From positions 298,709 to 362,708 of the forward strand of contig CAVVSF010000005.1 of NCBI GenBank assembly GCA_963750915.1: a stretch of 64,000 nucleotides of DNA. The letters run 5' to 3'. This DNA is from an uncultured Acidobacteriota bacterium (GTDB taxonomy: Bacteria > Acidobacteriota > Vicinamibacteria > Vicinamibacterales > 2-12-FULL-66-21). The notes below the pieces were generated by a model. That model was not told the origin of the DNA. It did no database searches and saw only the letters and a list, made by a program, of their open reading frames with translations. This document shows positions 9,682 to 19,507 of the stretch, piece after piece. The position numbers were made by a program, and so were the translations under genes. How positions within the stretch are numbered: the first letter of the stretch is position 1; the number at the start of each line of letters is the position of its first letter.

Positions 9682-10166
9682 GACCGAGCCTCCTCGCGTC
9701 GCGTGATCGGCAGCCGCGGCGTTTCCTTGACTGTCTCGAGCACGATGGTCGTCCGTGTCGAGCGGACGCCGCGAATGCGGGAGAGGCGCGTGCGCAGCAG
9801 CTGCCCGAGATGTTCGGCGTCGCGCGCCCGCACTTTGATTAGGTAGCAGTCGTCACCGGCGACGTGGTGCACTTCGAGGACCTCGGGCTGTTCGCTCAAC
9901 GCCTTGGCCATGTCGTGCTCGGAATCCGATTCGTCGGTTCGGACCGCGACGAAGGCAAGCAACCGCTGGTCGAGCGCCTTGGGATCGAGCTGAGCCACGT
10001 AACCCTTGAGGATGCCGCGGGCTTCGAGCTTGCGGATGCGTTCCTGAACCGCCGAAGGCGCCAGGCCGACAGCCTTCGCAATCTCCACTTGGGTCTCGCG
10101 GGCGTTGGTCTGGAGGAGGTCGAGAATCTGCAGGTCGATGTCGTTGAGGTGTTTATCTGTAGCCAC
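9678..10166 (-). CDS. Lrp/AsnC-family transcriptional regulator
   Basis: HTH_AsnC N-terminus (LDDIDLQILDLLQTNARETQVEIAKAVGLAPSAVQERIRKLE) plus a RAM/AsnC_trans_reg C-terminal domain. Confidence 0.9.
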   Translation of the reverse strand: MATDKHLNDIDLQILDLLQTNARETQVEIAKAVGLAPSAVQERIRKLEARGILKGYVAQLDPKALDQRLLAFVAVRTDESDSEHDMAKALSEQPEVLEVHHVAGDDCYLIKVRARDAEHLGQLLRTRLSRIRGVRSTRTTIVLETVKETPRLPITRREEARS

Positions 10167-10316
10167 GATTCAGAAACTATATCTGAATATTTGCAATGTG
10201 GCTAGATTTTGTTCTGATTTTGTGGCCATTACCAGAATGGACTGCGGTATTTGGCCATTTAACAGATGCGCTGCCGCGACCACACCGGGTGCCGGTGGCC
10301 GGCGTGCCGGTGGCCG

Positions 10317-10357
10317 CCGGGGACAGTCACTCGGGACAGTCACGGGTGACTGTCCCC
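10317..10357. terminator. GGGGACAGTCAC-family hairpin (copy 2), downstream of the SDR gene
   Basis: 41 nt identical to 1347..1387. Confidence 0.5.
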
Positions 10358-10383
10358 GACCGACAAAGATCGACAGGCGGCGA

Positions 10384-11214
10384 CTAGACGAAGCCGTAGG
10401 TGCCGCGGGCCAGCCAGGCGCCGCCGTCGATGGTCAGGGTCTCGCCGGTGATGAAGCCGGCGTGGTCGGAGACGAGAAACACGACGGCGTCCGCCACCTC
10501 GGTCGGCCGGCCCCACCGCCGCAGCGGGACGCCGTTCGTGATGCGCGCGACGGCCTCCGGGTTGTTCCAGAGCTGACGCGCCGCGCCGGGTGATTCGATC
10601 GGGCCAGGGGCGACCGCGTTGACGCGGATCCCATGCGTCGCCCACTCGACGGCGAGCGTCTGCGTCATCGACATCACCCCCGCCTTGGCGGCGGCCGAAT
10701 GCACGGTGCCGGCGCTGCCGGTCCAGACGTAGTTGGCCAGCACCGAGACGATCGCGCCGCCCCTGCCTCTCGCGATCATGTGGCGACCGACGGCCCGCGA
10801 ACAGTAGAAGCTGCCGTTGAGCACGCTGCCGATCACGGCGTTCCAGCCGTTCGGCGACAGATCCTCGGCGCGGCAGATGAAGTTGCCGGCGGCGTTGTTG
10901 ATCAGGATGTCGACCTGGCCGTAGTGATGGACGGCGCGGTGCACCATCTCGTCCACCTGGTCCGGCTTGCGCACGTCGACCTGACACGCCAGCGCGTCGC
11001 ACCCGGCGCGTCGCAGTTCGGCCGATCCTTCTTCGAGATGAACCGAGTTGCGGCTGCCGAAGACGATCGTCGCGCCGAGCGCGCCGAGCTGTTTTGCGAT
11101 GGCGAGGCCGATCCCGGTACCGCCGCCGGTGACGATCGCGACGCGATGCTTCAGCGCCTGCGGCGACAGCAGCGTGGACGACGGCGCAGGTGGATTCGGC
11201 GGTGTCTCCGGCAT
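10384..11214 (-). CDS. SDR-family oxidoreductase (2,4-dienoyl-CoA reductase-like)
   Basis: TGGGTGIG Rossmann motif, NNAAG, S...AAKAG (YxxxK-variant) and PGPI motifs. Confidence 0.85.
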   Translation of the reverse strand: MPETPPNPPAPSSTLLSPQALKHRVAIVTGGGTGIGLAIAKQLGALGATIVFGSRNSVHLEEGSAELRRAGCDALACQVDVRKPDQVDEMVHRAVHHYGQVDILINNAAGNFICRAEDLSPNGWNAVIGSVLNGSFYCSRAVGRHMIARGRGGAIVSVLANYVWTGSAGTVHSAAAKAGVMSMTQTLAVEWATHGIRVNAVAPGPIESPGAARQLWNNPEAVARITNGVPLRRWGRPTEVADAVVFLVSDHAGFITGETLTIDGGAWLARGTYGFV

Positions 11215-11245
11215 GGCGAACCCAGCTTAGCCCTGCGGCGGAAGC

Positions 11246-11825
11246 GATGGCAAACGGTGCTAACATCGCGGCCATGAGTGGCGCCTGCGCGCGTCGCGGG
11301 CTGTGCTGGCGGTCGTGGCCGTCGTGGACGTCGTCGACGTCGCTACAGCGATGGGCCGCCATCGCGCTGCTCGTCGCGGGAAGCGGCGCCGCGGCAGCGT
11401 GCAGCGGCGACGGCGCGCGCGAGACGGCGACGGCCGCGAAACCCTCGGCGCCAGCCTATACCGGCGACCTGCCACCGCTGCCTCGAGTCCAGTACGCCGC
11501 GGCCCGGCCCGAGCCTCTGACCCGCGCCGCCTACGAGTTCGCCGGCCGGCATCCCGACGTCCTCAAGCAGATGCCGTGCTTCTGCGGCTGCGAGCGCAAC
11601 AAGCACGCGCACAACGGCGACTGCTTCGTCTCCAGCCGCGAGGCGAACGGCCGGCCGCAGTGGAGTCCGCACGGCATCGGCTGCGCGATCTGCATCGACG
11701 TCGCGCTGCTGGCCGCGCGCATGCACGGCGAGGGCTCGACCGTCGCCGCGATCCGCGCCGCGGTCGAGCAGAAGTACCGCGCCGAGTATCCGACCAGCAC
11801 GCCGACGCCACCCGTCATGCCATGA
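11246..11825 (+). CDS. Cys-rich PCYCGC-motif domain protein
   Basis: C-terminal block MPCFCGCERNKHAHNGDCF...GIGCAICIDVA. N-terminal hydrophobic segment. Start uncertain (11190, 11246 or 11274). Confidence 0.6.
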
Positions 11826-13372
11826 GCGACGCGATCCGCGACCGGGCGCGGAAGCGCGCCACCAAGCCGTCTGCAGGCGCCTTCGCCCGCCTGTTCGAGT
11901 CGGTGCACGAAGGCGTCTACATCGGCAGCGTCACCGCCGATGGCAGTGAAACCATCGCCGCCAACCCGCATCTCCGGCTGATGTTCGGCTTCGCCAGCGA
12001 GACCGCCGACGAGGACGTCCGGCCGTTCGACCTCGATCGTTTTCTCGATCCGCAGGCACGGCCTGGATTTCTCGAACGGCTCGAGCGCGACGGTGCCGTC
12101 ACCGACTACCTGCTGCGGATGCGCCGCGCCGACCGGTCGCCGATGTGGGTCGAGGTCACGGCGCATTCCGAGCGCGGCGGCGACGGCTTGCGCGTCGAAG
12201 CGCTCGTCCGCGACGTCAGCGAGCGCAAGCGGCTCGAAGATCAGACGCGCGATCTCTACCATCAGCTGCTGCAGGCGGAGAAGCTGGCCGCCCTCGGCCA
12301 GACGATCTCCGGCGTCGCGCACGAGCTCAACAACCCGCTGGCGACGATCCTCACCTGGGCCGAGCGCCTGTCGCAGCGTCCCGCCGACGAGCAGACCCGC
12401 CGGGGCCTCGACATCATCCTCGGCGAATCGGAACGGGCCGCGAAGATCGTCCGCAACCTGTTGACCTTCGCCCGCAAGCGCCACACCACCCGGGCCATGG
12501 TCGATCTCAACCAGGTCGTGCGCGAGACGCTGGCCCTGCGGGCCTACGAGCAGCGGGTCAGCAACGTCGCGACGATCGAAGCGCTGGCCGCCGGCCTGCC
12601 GCATGCCTTTGCCGATCCGCACCAGATGCAGCAGGTGCTCCTGAACCTCATCATCAACGCCGAACAGGCGATGATCACCGCCAACGGCCGCGGCACGCTC
12701 ATCGTCCGCACCTGGCACGACATCGAGCGCGACGCGGTGGTCCTCGAAGTCGCCGACGACGGCCCCGGCGTGCCGGAGGACGTGCAGCCGCGCATCTTCG
12801 ATCCGTTTTTCACGACGAAGGAAGTCGGCAAGGGTACCGGGCTCGGACTGACGGTCGCCTACGCGATCGTGCAGGAGCACGGCGGCCGCATCACGATCTC
12901 GTCGGAGGCAGAGCGCGGCGCCTCATTTGCGGTCGAACTGCCGGTTGGCGCCGGCTCGTTGAAGCTGCCGGTGCCGCGGCCGGTGGAAACGTCGACCGAG
13001 GCCGCGGCCGGCGCCTCGGTGCTCGTCGTCGAGGACGAAGCGGCGCTCGGTGCGGCAGTGGCGGAGTCCCTGCAGGACGCCGGCTTCACCGTCGATCGGG
13101 CGAACGACGGCGTCGAAGCGCTCGAACGCGTGCGCGAGAAGCACTTCGACCTGATTATCTGTGACTTGAAGATGCCGCGCGTCGGCGGCATGGAGTTCTA
13201 TCGCGAGCTCGAGGCGACCCACCCGGAGATGACGCGCCGGATCATGTTCGTCACCGGCGACGTCGCCGGGACGGAGGCCGAGCGGTTTCTCGAGGACACC
13301 GGCACGCGCTGGCTCGCCAAGCCCTTCCGGCTGAAGGATCTGCTGCGAACCGCGCGCGACATGGTGTCTTAG
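11822..13372 (+). CDS. Hybrid sensor histidine kinase (PAS - HisKA - HATPase_c - receiver)
   Basis: H-box GVAHELNNPLATI, N box NLIINAEQAM, G boxes DDGPGV and GKGTGLGL, and a C-terminal REC (VLVVEDE...DLIICDLKMP...KPF). ATGA start/stop overlap with the preceding gene. The upstream part of ORF 11303.. is a GC-rich read-through. Confidence 0.85.
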   Translation: MSDAIRDRARKRATKPSAGAFARLFESVHEGVYIGSVTADGSETIAANPHLRLMFGFASETADEDVRPFDLDRFLDPQARPGFLERLERDGAVTDYLLRMRRADRSPMWVEVTAHSERGGDGLRVEALVRDVSERKRLEDQTRDLYHQLLQAEKLAALGQTISGVAHELNNPLATILTWAERLSQRPADEQTRRGLDIILGESERAAKIVRNLLTFARKRHTTRAMVDLNQVVRETLALRAYEQRVSNVATIEALAAGLPHAFADPHQMQQVLLNLIINAEQAMITANGRGTLIVRTWHDIERDAVVLEVADDGPGVPEDVQPRIFDPFFTTKEVGKGTGLGLTVAYAIVQEHGGRITISSEAERGASFAVELPVGAGSLKLPVPRPVETSTEAAAGASVLVVEDEAALGAAVAESLQDAGFTVDRANDGVEALERVREKHFDLIICDLKMPRVGGMEFYRELEATHPEMTRRIMFVTGDVAGTEAERFLEDTGTRWLAKPFRLKDLLRTARDMVS

Positions 13373-13397
13373 GTCAGCGGCCGGCCGGCGGGTCGCT

Positions 13398-14327
13398 CTA
13401 GGCGACGCCCTGGGTTTTCATCGTCGCCGCGGCCGCGAGGCGCTTCTTGCGCGCCGGCGCCTTGGCCGTCGTCGTAATCACCGGCGCGCGGTATGCGAGC
13501 AGGACACCAGACTGGCCCGTGGCCGCCGGCGCGGTTCTCGCCATCTGCATCCGCCGCATCGTGTGCTGGAACGAGAGGATCGCCGGCTTGAGCGCAGCCG
13601 CCGCCTCTGAGGCTGAGCAATCGGCGCCGAGCGCCTTGCGCAGGCGCTGCACGGCGCGGGCATGCAGCTGCGACACCCGCGATTCGTTGACGCCGATCTC
13701 CGCGCCAATCTGCTTCATCGTCGATTCGGCGTAGTAATACATGCCGATGACCTTGCGCTCGCGCGGCGGCAGCGATGCGATCGCGGCGCGGATGCGATCG
13801 CGGACTTCGCCTTCCTCGTAGGCCTTGTCCGGCGACTGCGGCTCGGATGGGACGAGCGCCGGCGGCAGCGAGGCGCCGTCGATGTTCTCGCCAGCCGACA
13901 GCGGCGACGTCGATTCGATCGTGTTGATCCGGACGATGGTGCGGCCGAGCCGCGCCTCGTCGGAACCGACGCGCGCCGCGAGATCGGCCAGTGACGGTTC
14001 CGCGCCGAGCTCGCGCCGCAGCTGCTCGCGCGCCGCTTCGAGCTCGCGCCGCTGACGCCGGACTCCGCGCGGCCAGGCGTCGCGGCGCAGCGCGTCGATC
14101 ATCGCGCCCCGCACCCGCCGCTCGGCGAACGTCTCGAACTTGATGCCACGGCCTTCGTCGAACCGGCACGCCGCATCGATGAGGCCGAGCATGCCGTCCT
14201 GGACGAGGTCGCCGAGCTCGATCGAGTGGGGCATCGACGATGCCACGCGACGGGCAAGCGACTCCACGAAGGGCAAACCGGCGGCGATTCGATCGCGCTG
14301 ATCCTGAACCAAGGGTTGACGCTGCAT
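13398..14327 (-). CDS. Group-3 (FliA/WhiG-like) sigma-70-family sigma factor with a basic C-terminal extension
   Basis: Region 2 (DLVQDGMLGLIDAACRFD...FETFAERRVRGAMID) and region 4 (LPPRERKVIGMYYYAESTMKQIGAEIGVNESRVSQLHARAV). GGAGGAG lies 7-8 nt upstream of the ATG at 14327. Confidence 0.8.
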   Translation of the reverse strand: MQRQPLVQDQRDRIAAGLPFVESLARRVASSMPHSIELGDLVQDGMLGLIDAACRFDEGRGIKFETFAERRVRGAMIDALRRDAWPRGVRRQRRELEAAREQLRRELGAEPSLADLAARVGSDEARLGRTIVRINTIESTSPLSAGENIDGASLPPALVPSEPQSPDKAYEEGEVRDRIRAAIASLPPRERKVIGMYYYAESTMKQIGAEIGVNESRVSQLHARAVQRLRKALGADCSASEAAAALKPAILSFQHTMRRMQMARTAPAATGQSGVLLAYRAPVITTTAKAPARKKRLAAAATMKTQGVA

Positions 14328-14651
14328 CTGAGCCTCTCCTCCAGGGCGGCACATGACGGCCGCGGACAGAGCGGTCCTAGCGCAACGGCAGTACCAATCG
14401 GCCGTCCGCGCCGGACCAAGCCCGACAGTTACCCGTAAGTTATTAATGATGAAGCGTTTATAAATGTGCCGCGGCGTGAATCGGCGTGAAGGAGGGGCGA
14501 TGTCGGCCGACCGTAATCGTCAAGAAGTTGGCGTATCGTCAAAACAATGACGATAGCGATGACGGTCTGATGACATGTCGATGGGCTGGGAAGGATGTCG
14601 CGGAACCGGGGCGCCACCGATTGAGGCATCCCCGGGGCTTGGCGGTGAGGT

Positions 14652-14882
14652 TTACCGGTTGATCAGCCGGATCTGGCGTGCCGTCGCCATCGCGTCGAGG
14701 ACGCTGGCGACGACCTGCGTCGCGCGGGCGCGCGCCGCCTCGTCACCAGCCTTGGCCTCGAGCAGCTCGGCGTTGGCAAGAATGATCCCGAGCTGGTTGT
14801 TCAAACGGTGAAAGAGCAGGCCGAGATCTGACGTGTCGTCCACGGATGTACCGGGAGCCAGGCGCAGGGACGCCGGCATCAT
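14652..14882 (-). CDS. 76-aa stand-alone DHp/HisKA-like mini-protein (no ATPase domain)
   Basis: FHRLNNQLGIILANAELL resembles a histidine-kinase H-box helix and is followed by a second helix. ATGA overlap with the upstream HTH gene. Confidence 0.5.
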   Translation of the reverse strand: MMPASLRLAPGTSVDDTSDLGLLFHRLNNQLGIILANAELLEAKAGDEAARARATQVVASVLDAMATARQIRLINR

Positions 14883-15118
14883 GAAGCTTCTTTGGTGTGG
14901 AACTCGGCAGCCCGGCCGGGCTCGCGCCAGAGCGTGTCGACGAAGATGCGGACCGACCCGCCGGCAGTGCGGACGTATTCGATCTTCCCGCTCGCTATCC
15001 AGTTGTAGATGGTCCGCCGGCTGACGCCAACGAGCTCACACGCCTTCATGATCGAGATGGTCTTTCGTTCAATCATCATCATCGGTGTCCCCGGAGGCTG
15101 GCCATGAAGTGTCGGCAT
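14879..15118 (-). CDS. Excisionase/MerR-type helix-turn-helix DNA-binding protein
   Basis: ISIMKACELVGVSRRTIYNWIASGKIEYVRTAGGSVRI matches the excisionase-family HTH pattern. The start may be the MMM cluster 12 codons downstream. Confidence 0.65.
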   Translation of the reverse strand: MPTLHGQPPGTPMMMIERKTISIMKACELVGVSRRTIYNWIASGKIEYVRTAGGSVRIFVDTLWREPGRAAEFHTKEAS

Positions 15119-15255
15119 TGTTTTTAACCTCCGTCCGCTGTTGTTATCGGAGCTTCGTGCGACTCGCTGTAGGGAGGTTTCCGGGTCGCGGCGGCACTGG
15201 CGACGAGGTGTCCGGCGAGTTACGGGGATGTGTCAAAATACCGCCAACCCCCTAA

Positions 15256-16646
<1,391 letters not shown>

Positions 16647-16647
<1 letters not shown>

Positions 16648-17972
16648 TGCCACCACGACACAAGTACTGGACGATCATCCTCGAAGGCAAGCCGACCGCG
16701 TTCCGCGCCGCCGAGGAGAGCGAGCTGCTGCCGACGCTGAAGCAGCTGCAGCAGCGTCACCCCGACGCGGTGATGAAGTGGTTCGCCGGCGGCCGGCTGT
16801 GGACGTCACCTGAGGAGGAGCGCCTGGCGCAGAAGGCGCGCGGCGGCAAGCGCGAATCGCGCGGCCGCGACTGGCGGCCCGGCGGCGAGCACCGCGACCC
16901 GCGCGAACGCTTCAAGATCCCGCGCGACGAACGACGCCGCCGGTTCCGCGAGCGGCTCTTCGACGATCGTCGCGACGCGCCGGGCGACAAGCCGAGCGAG
17001 GGCGATTCGCCGGCGCCGCCGCCGCGGCGCGAACCGCCGCGCGACCGGCCGTGGCGCGACACCCAGGGTCGGCCACCGGCCGGAGATCGGCCGAACAGAC
17101 CGCCACGCGAGGGCGATCGCGAGCGCCGGCCGCGGGATGGCGAGGGCGGCGACCGGCCGCCGCGCCGGGAGGAGCAGCGCGATCGACCGGCGCGGCACGA
17201 GGGCGATCGGCCGTGGAAGCCGGCGCGGCCGCAGGGGCAGGGTGGGTATGGCGATCGCGACCGTCGGCCGGCACCGGATCGCGATCGACCCAAGGCGCCC
17301 GGTGGGTACGGTGATCGCGACCGCGAGCGGCCGAAGTCCGCGTGGAAGCCGCGGCCGCAGGGGCAGGGTGGGTATGGCGATCGCGACCGTCGGCCGGCAC
17401 CGGATCGCGATCGACCCAAGGGACCCGGTGCGTCCGGCGATCGTGACCGCGAGCGGCCGAAGTCTGCGTGGAAACCGCGGCCGCAGGGGCAGGGTGGGTA
17501 TGGCGACCGCGACCGTCGGCCGGGACCGGATCGCGATCGACCCAAGGGACCCGGTGGGTCCGGCGATCGCGACCGCGAGCGGCCGAAGTCCGCGTGGAGG
17601 CCGCGGCCGCAGGGGCAGGGTGGGTATGGCGACCGCGACCGTCGGCCGGGACCGGATCGCGATCGACCCAAGGGACCCGGTGGATACGCCGATCGCGACC
17701 GCGAGCGACCGAAGGGACCGGGCGGATACGGCGATCGCAATCGAGAGAAACCGAAGTCCGACTCGAAACCAGGGCGGCCATCGAGCCCGCGTGGTGATGG
17801 TCGCGGATGGAAGCCGAATCGTCCACCAGGAGGAGGCGGCGGCAGCGCGGGCGGCGGCAATCGCAGCTGGCAGCGCGGCCCCGACGCCGGGCGGCGGGGG
17901 CCCGGACGGAAACCGGGTGGCGGTAGCGGCGGTGGCGGCGGACGCGGGCCACGCGGCGGTGGCAGCCGGTGA
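16647..17972 (+). CDS. Hypothetical protein: about 65-aa folded N-terminus followed by an Arg/Asp/Pro/Gly-rich disordered region with 42-aa tandem repeats and an RGG-like tail
   Basis: ATG overlaps the NtrC stop (TGATG). The N-terminus is MPPRHKYWTIILEGKPTAFRAAEE..., followed by repeats RPQGQGGYGDRDRRPxPDRDRPKGPGGxGDRDRERPKSAWKP. The coding strand was chosen by coupling to its neighbours. Confidence 0.6.
17225..17730 (+). repeat. Four tandem copies of a 126-nt (42-codon) repeat inside the CDS
   Basis: The GCAGGGGCAGGGTGGGTATGGCGA landmark recurs at 17231, 17357, 17483 and 17609, with an exact period of 126. Confidence 0.85.
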
Positions 17973-18301
17973 TCTCGCACATCGTGCTGTTCAAGCCGCG
18001 TGCGGACATGCCGGCCGCGGACCGCGATCGAGTACTACAAGCGCTGACGACGGCGGCCGTCGACATCCCGGCGATCCGCAGCCTGCGCGTCGGCCGGCGC
18101 GTCGTGCACGGGCTGCCCGGCTACGAGCAGCAGATGGCGCAGGATTTCGAGTACGCGCTGATTCTCGAGTTCGACGATGTCGAGGGTCTGAAGTCGTACC
18201 TGGCGCATCAGAACCACGCCGCGCTCGGTGATCACTTCACCGCCTCGGCTGCCGCGGCGCTCGCTTACGACTACGAGATGCTGGAGTTGAAGACGCCCTA
18301 G
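17969..18301 (+). CDS. Dabb (stress-responsive alpha/beta barrel) domain protein
   Basis: ISHIVLFKPR...LILEFDDVEGLKSYLAHQNH pattern. GTGA overlap with the preceding stop. Confidence 0.8.
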   Translation: MISHIVLFKPRADMPAADRDRVLQALTTAAVDIPAIRSLRVGRRVVHGLPGYEQQMAQDFEYALILEFDDVEGLKSYLAHQNHAALGDHFTASAAAALAYDYEMLELKTP

Positions 18302-19392
18302 CGCGTCGTGTTTTGAAGCGCGATGTCGTCCGTTCCCGTCAGCGGGGCGCTGACGGCCGGCGTGAAGAACTGCGAGATTGCGTCTTCGAGATGCGCGATC
18401 GAGTCGGCCTGGTTGACGGCAATCCGCAGGTGCGAGCCGTTGTCGAGCCCTTTCGTGAACCACGAGTTCAGCGCCCGCAGCTTGTTGATCACCCAGCGGT
18501 CGTGGCCGCGGGCGGGCCCGGCAGCGACCGGCGCGTTCTCCTGTCCCGGCGCAACGTGGCGAAAACCTTTCTCCTCGTGCAGCCGCTCCTGCTGGAGCAT
18601 CGCGATATAGGCGAGGAGGAAGGCGGCGCGATCGGCGTCGGTGACCTCGCGCGGCGCGCGGCCGGCGGCAAGGTCCGCCGCCTGCCGGAAGATCCACGGA
18701 TTGCGCAGCGCGCCACGGCCGACGAGCACGCCAGATACCGCGCCCGACGACAGCCGCGCGACCAGCTGCCGCGCCTCGATGCAGTCGCCGCTGCCGAACA
18801 CCGGGATGCCAACCCCCGCGGCTACGTGCGCAATGAAATCCCAGTCCGACGACCCTGAGTACGATTGCGCCGCCGTGCGGCCGTGCACCGCCACTGCCGC
18901 GGCGCCGGCATCTTCCATCCGCCGGGCGAGCTCGGGCGCGTTGCGTTCGTCGGCATCCCAGCCGGCGCGCATCTTCACCGTCACCGGAATCTTCACTGCC
19001 TTCGTCATCGCCCGCACCACCGACGCCGCGTGTTCCGGCTCGCGCATCAGGCTGCAGCCGGCGTTGTGCTTGGCAATCTTCGGCACCGGGCAGCCCATGT
19101 TGACGTCGACGATGTCCGCCCCCATGCCTTCGACAATCTGCGCCGCCGCCGCCATCTTCTCCGGATCGCCGCCGAAGATCTGGATCGACACCGGCCGCTC
19201 CTCCTCGGTGTACTCCGCGTACTCGAGCGTGCGATCGATGCCGCGAACCAGGCCCTCCGAGCTGACCATCTCGGTGACGACGAGGCCGCAACCGCCCTCG
19301 CGCTTGACGAGACGGCGGAAGGCCGTGTCCGTCATCCCCGCCATCGGGGCGAGGGCGAACGCGGGCGAGAGGTCAATCTTGCCGATCTTCAT
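18298..19392 (-). CDS. dus: tRNA-dihydrouridine synthase (DusB-like)
   Basis: LAPMAGMTDTAFRRL, DVNMGCPV and KMRAGWD motifs of the Dus TIM barrel. Confidence 0.9.
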   Translation of the reverse strand: MKIGKIDLSPAFALAPMAGMTDTAFRRLVKREGGCGLVVTEMVSSEGLVRGIDRTLEYAEYTEEERPVSIQIFGGDPEKMAAAAQIVEGMGADIVDVNMGCPVPKIAKHNAGCSLMREPEHAASVVRAMTKAVKIPVTVKMRAGWDADERNAPELARRMEDAGAAAVAVHGRTAAQSYSGSSDWDFIAHVAAGVGIPVFGSGDCIEARQLVARLSSGAVSGVLVGRGALRNPWIFRQAADLAAGRAPREVTDADRAAFLLAYIAMLQQERLHEEKGFRHVAPGQENAPVAAGPARGHDRWVINKLRALNSWFTKGLDNGSHLRIAVNQADSIAHLEDAISQFFTPAVSAPLTGTDDIALQNTTR

Positions 19393-19411
19393 GCGTTGTT
19401 GAATCTTGTCT

Positions 19412-19501
19412 GGCTCAGGGCTCAGAGGCTCACAGAGCTTTCACTGCACATTCGAAGATCTTGCTTGAGCCCCCTGAGCCGTGAGCCCTGAGCCTTGAGC
19501 C
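19412..19501. repeat. Heptamer-periodic hairpin (GGCTCRG / CYGAGCC arms) between the NusG-like gene and dus
   Basis: The left arm GGCTCAGGGCTCAGAGGCTCAC pairs with the right arm GTGAGCCCTGAGCCTTGAGCC (2 mismatches). The loop is about 48 nt. Confidence 0.6.
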
Positions 19502-19507
19502 TTAGCC

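Noticed and set aside
11303-11821. N-terminal 173-aa extension of the histidine kinase ORF.
   Set aside because: The extension is Arg-rich low-complexity sequence that overlaps the PCYCGC-protein gene in another frame. The ATG at 11822 with an ATGA overlap gives a normal PAS-kinase N-terminus.
14500-14550. 16-codon ORF (MSADRNRQEVGVSSKQ) preceded by a strong AAGGAGG.
   Set aside because: No downstream plus-strand gene exists for it to act on as a leader peptide. It is too short to support without conservation or Ribo-seq data.
14879-15118. Excisionase-type HTH considered as evidence of a prophage or integrative element.
   Set aside because: No integrase, recombinase, phage genes, att-like repeats or compositional island are visible in the surrounding region. 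The fold is widely used by ordinary regulators.
15119-15255. Search for a sigma-54 promoter (TGGCAC-N5-TTGCW) in the divergent spacer and other spacers of the window.
   Set aside because: No convincing GG-N10-GC element with the flanking consensus was found by eye. The near matches (for example 34393-34412 and 56507-56523) lack the invariant dinucleotides or lie inside genes.
16757-17980. 407-aa minus-strand ORF, and other frames (16912..18066, 17137..18231), across the 126-nt repeat region.
   Set aside because: The plus-strand frame is supported by start/stop coupling to the NtrC and Dabb genes and by a non-repetitive N-terminus. The alternatives are repeat-driven open frames.
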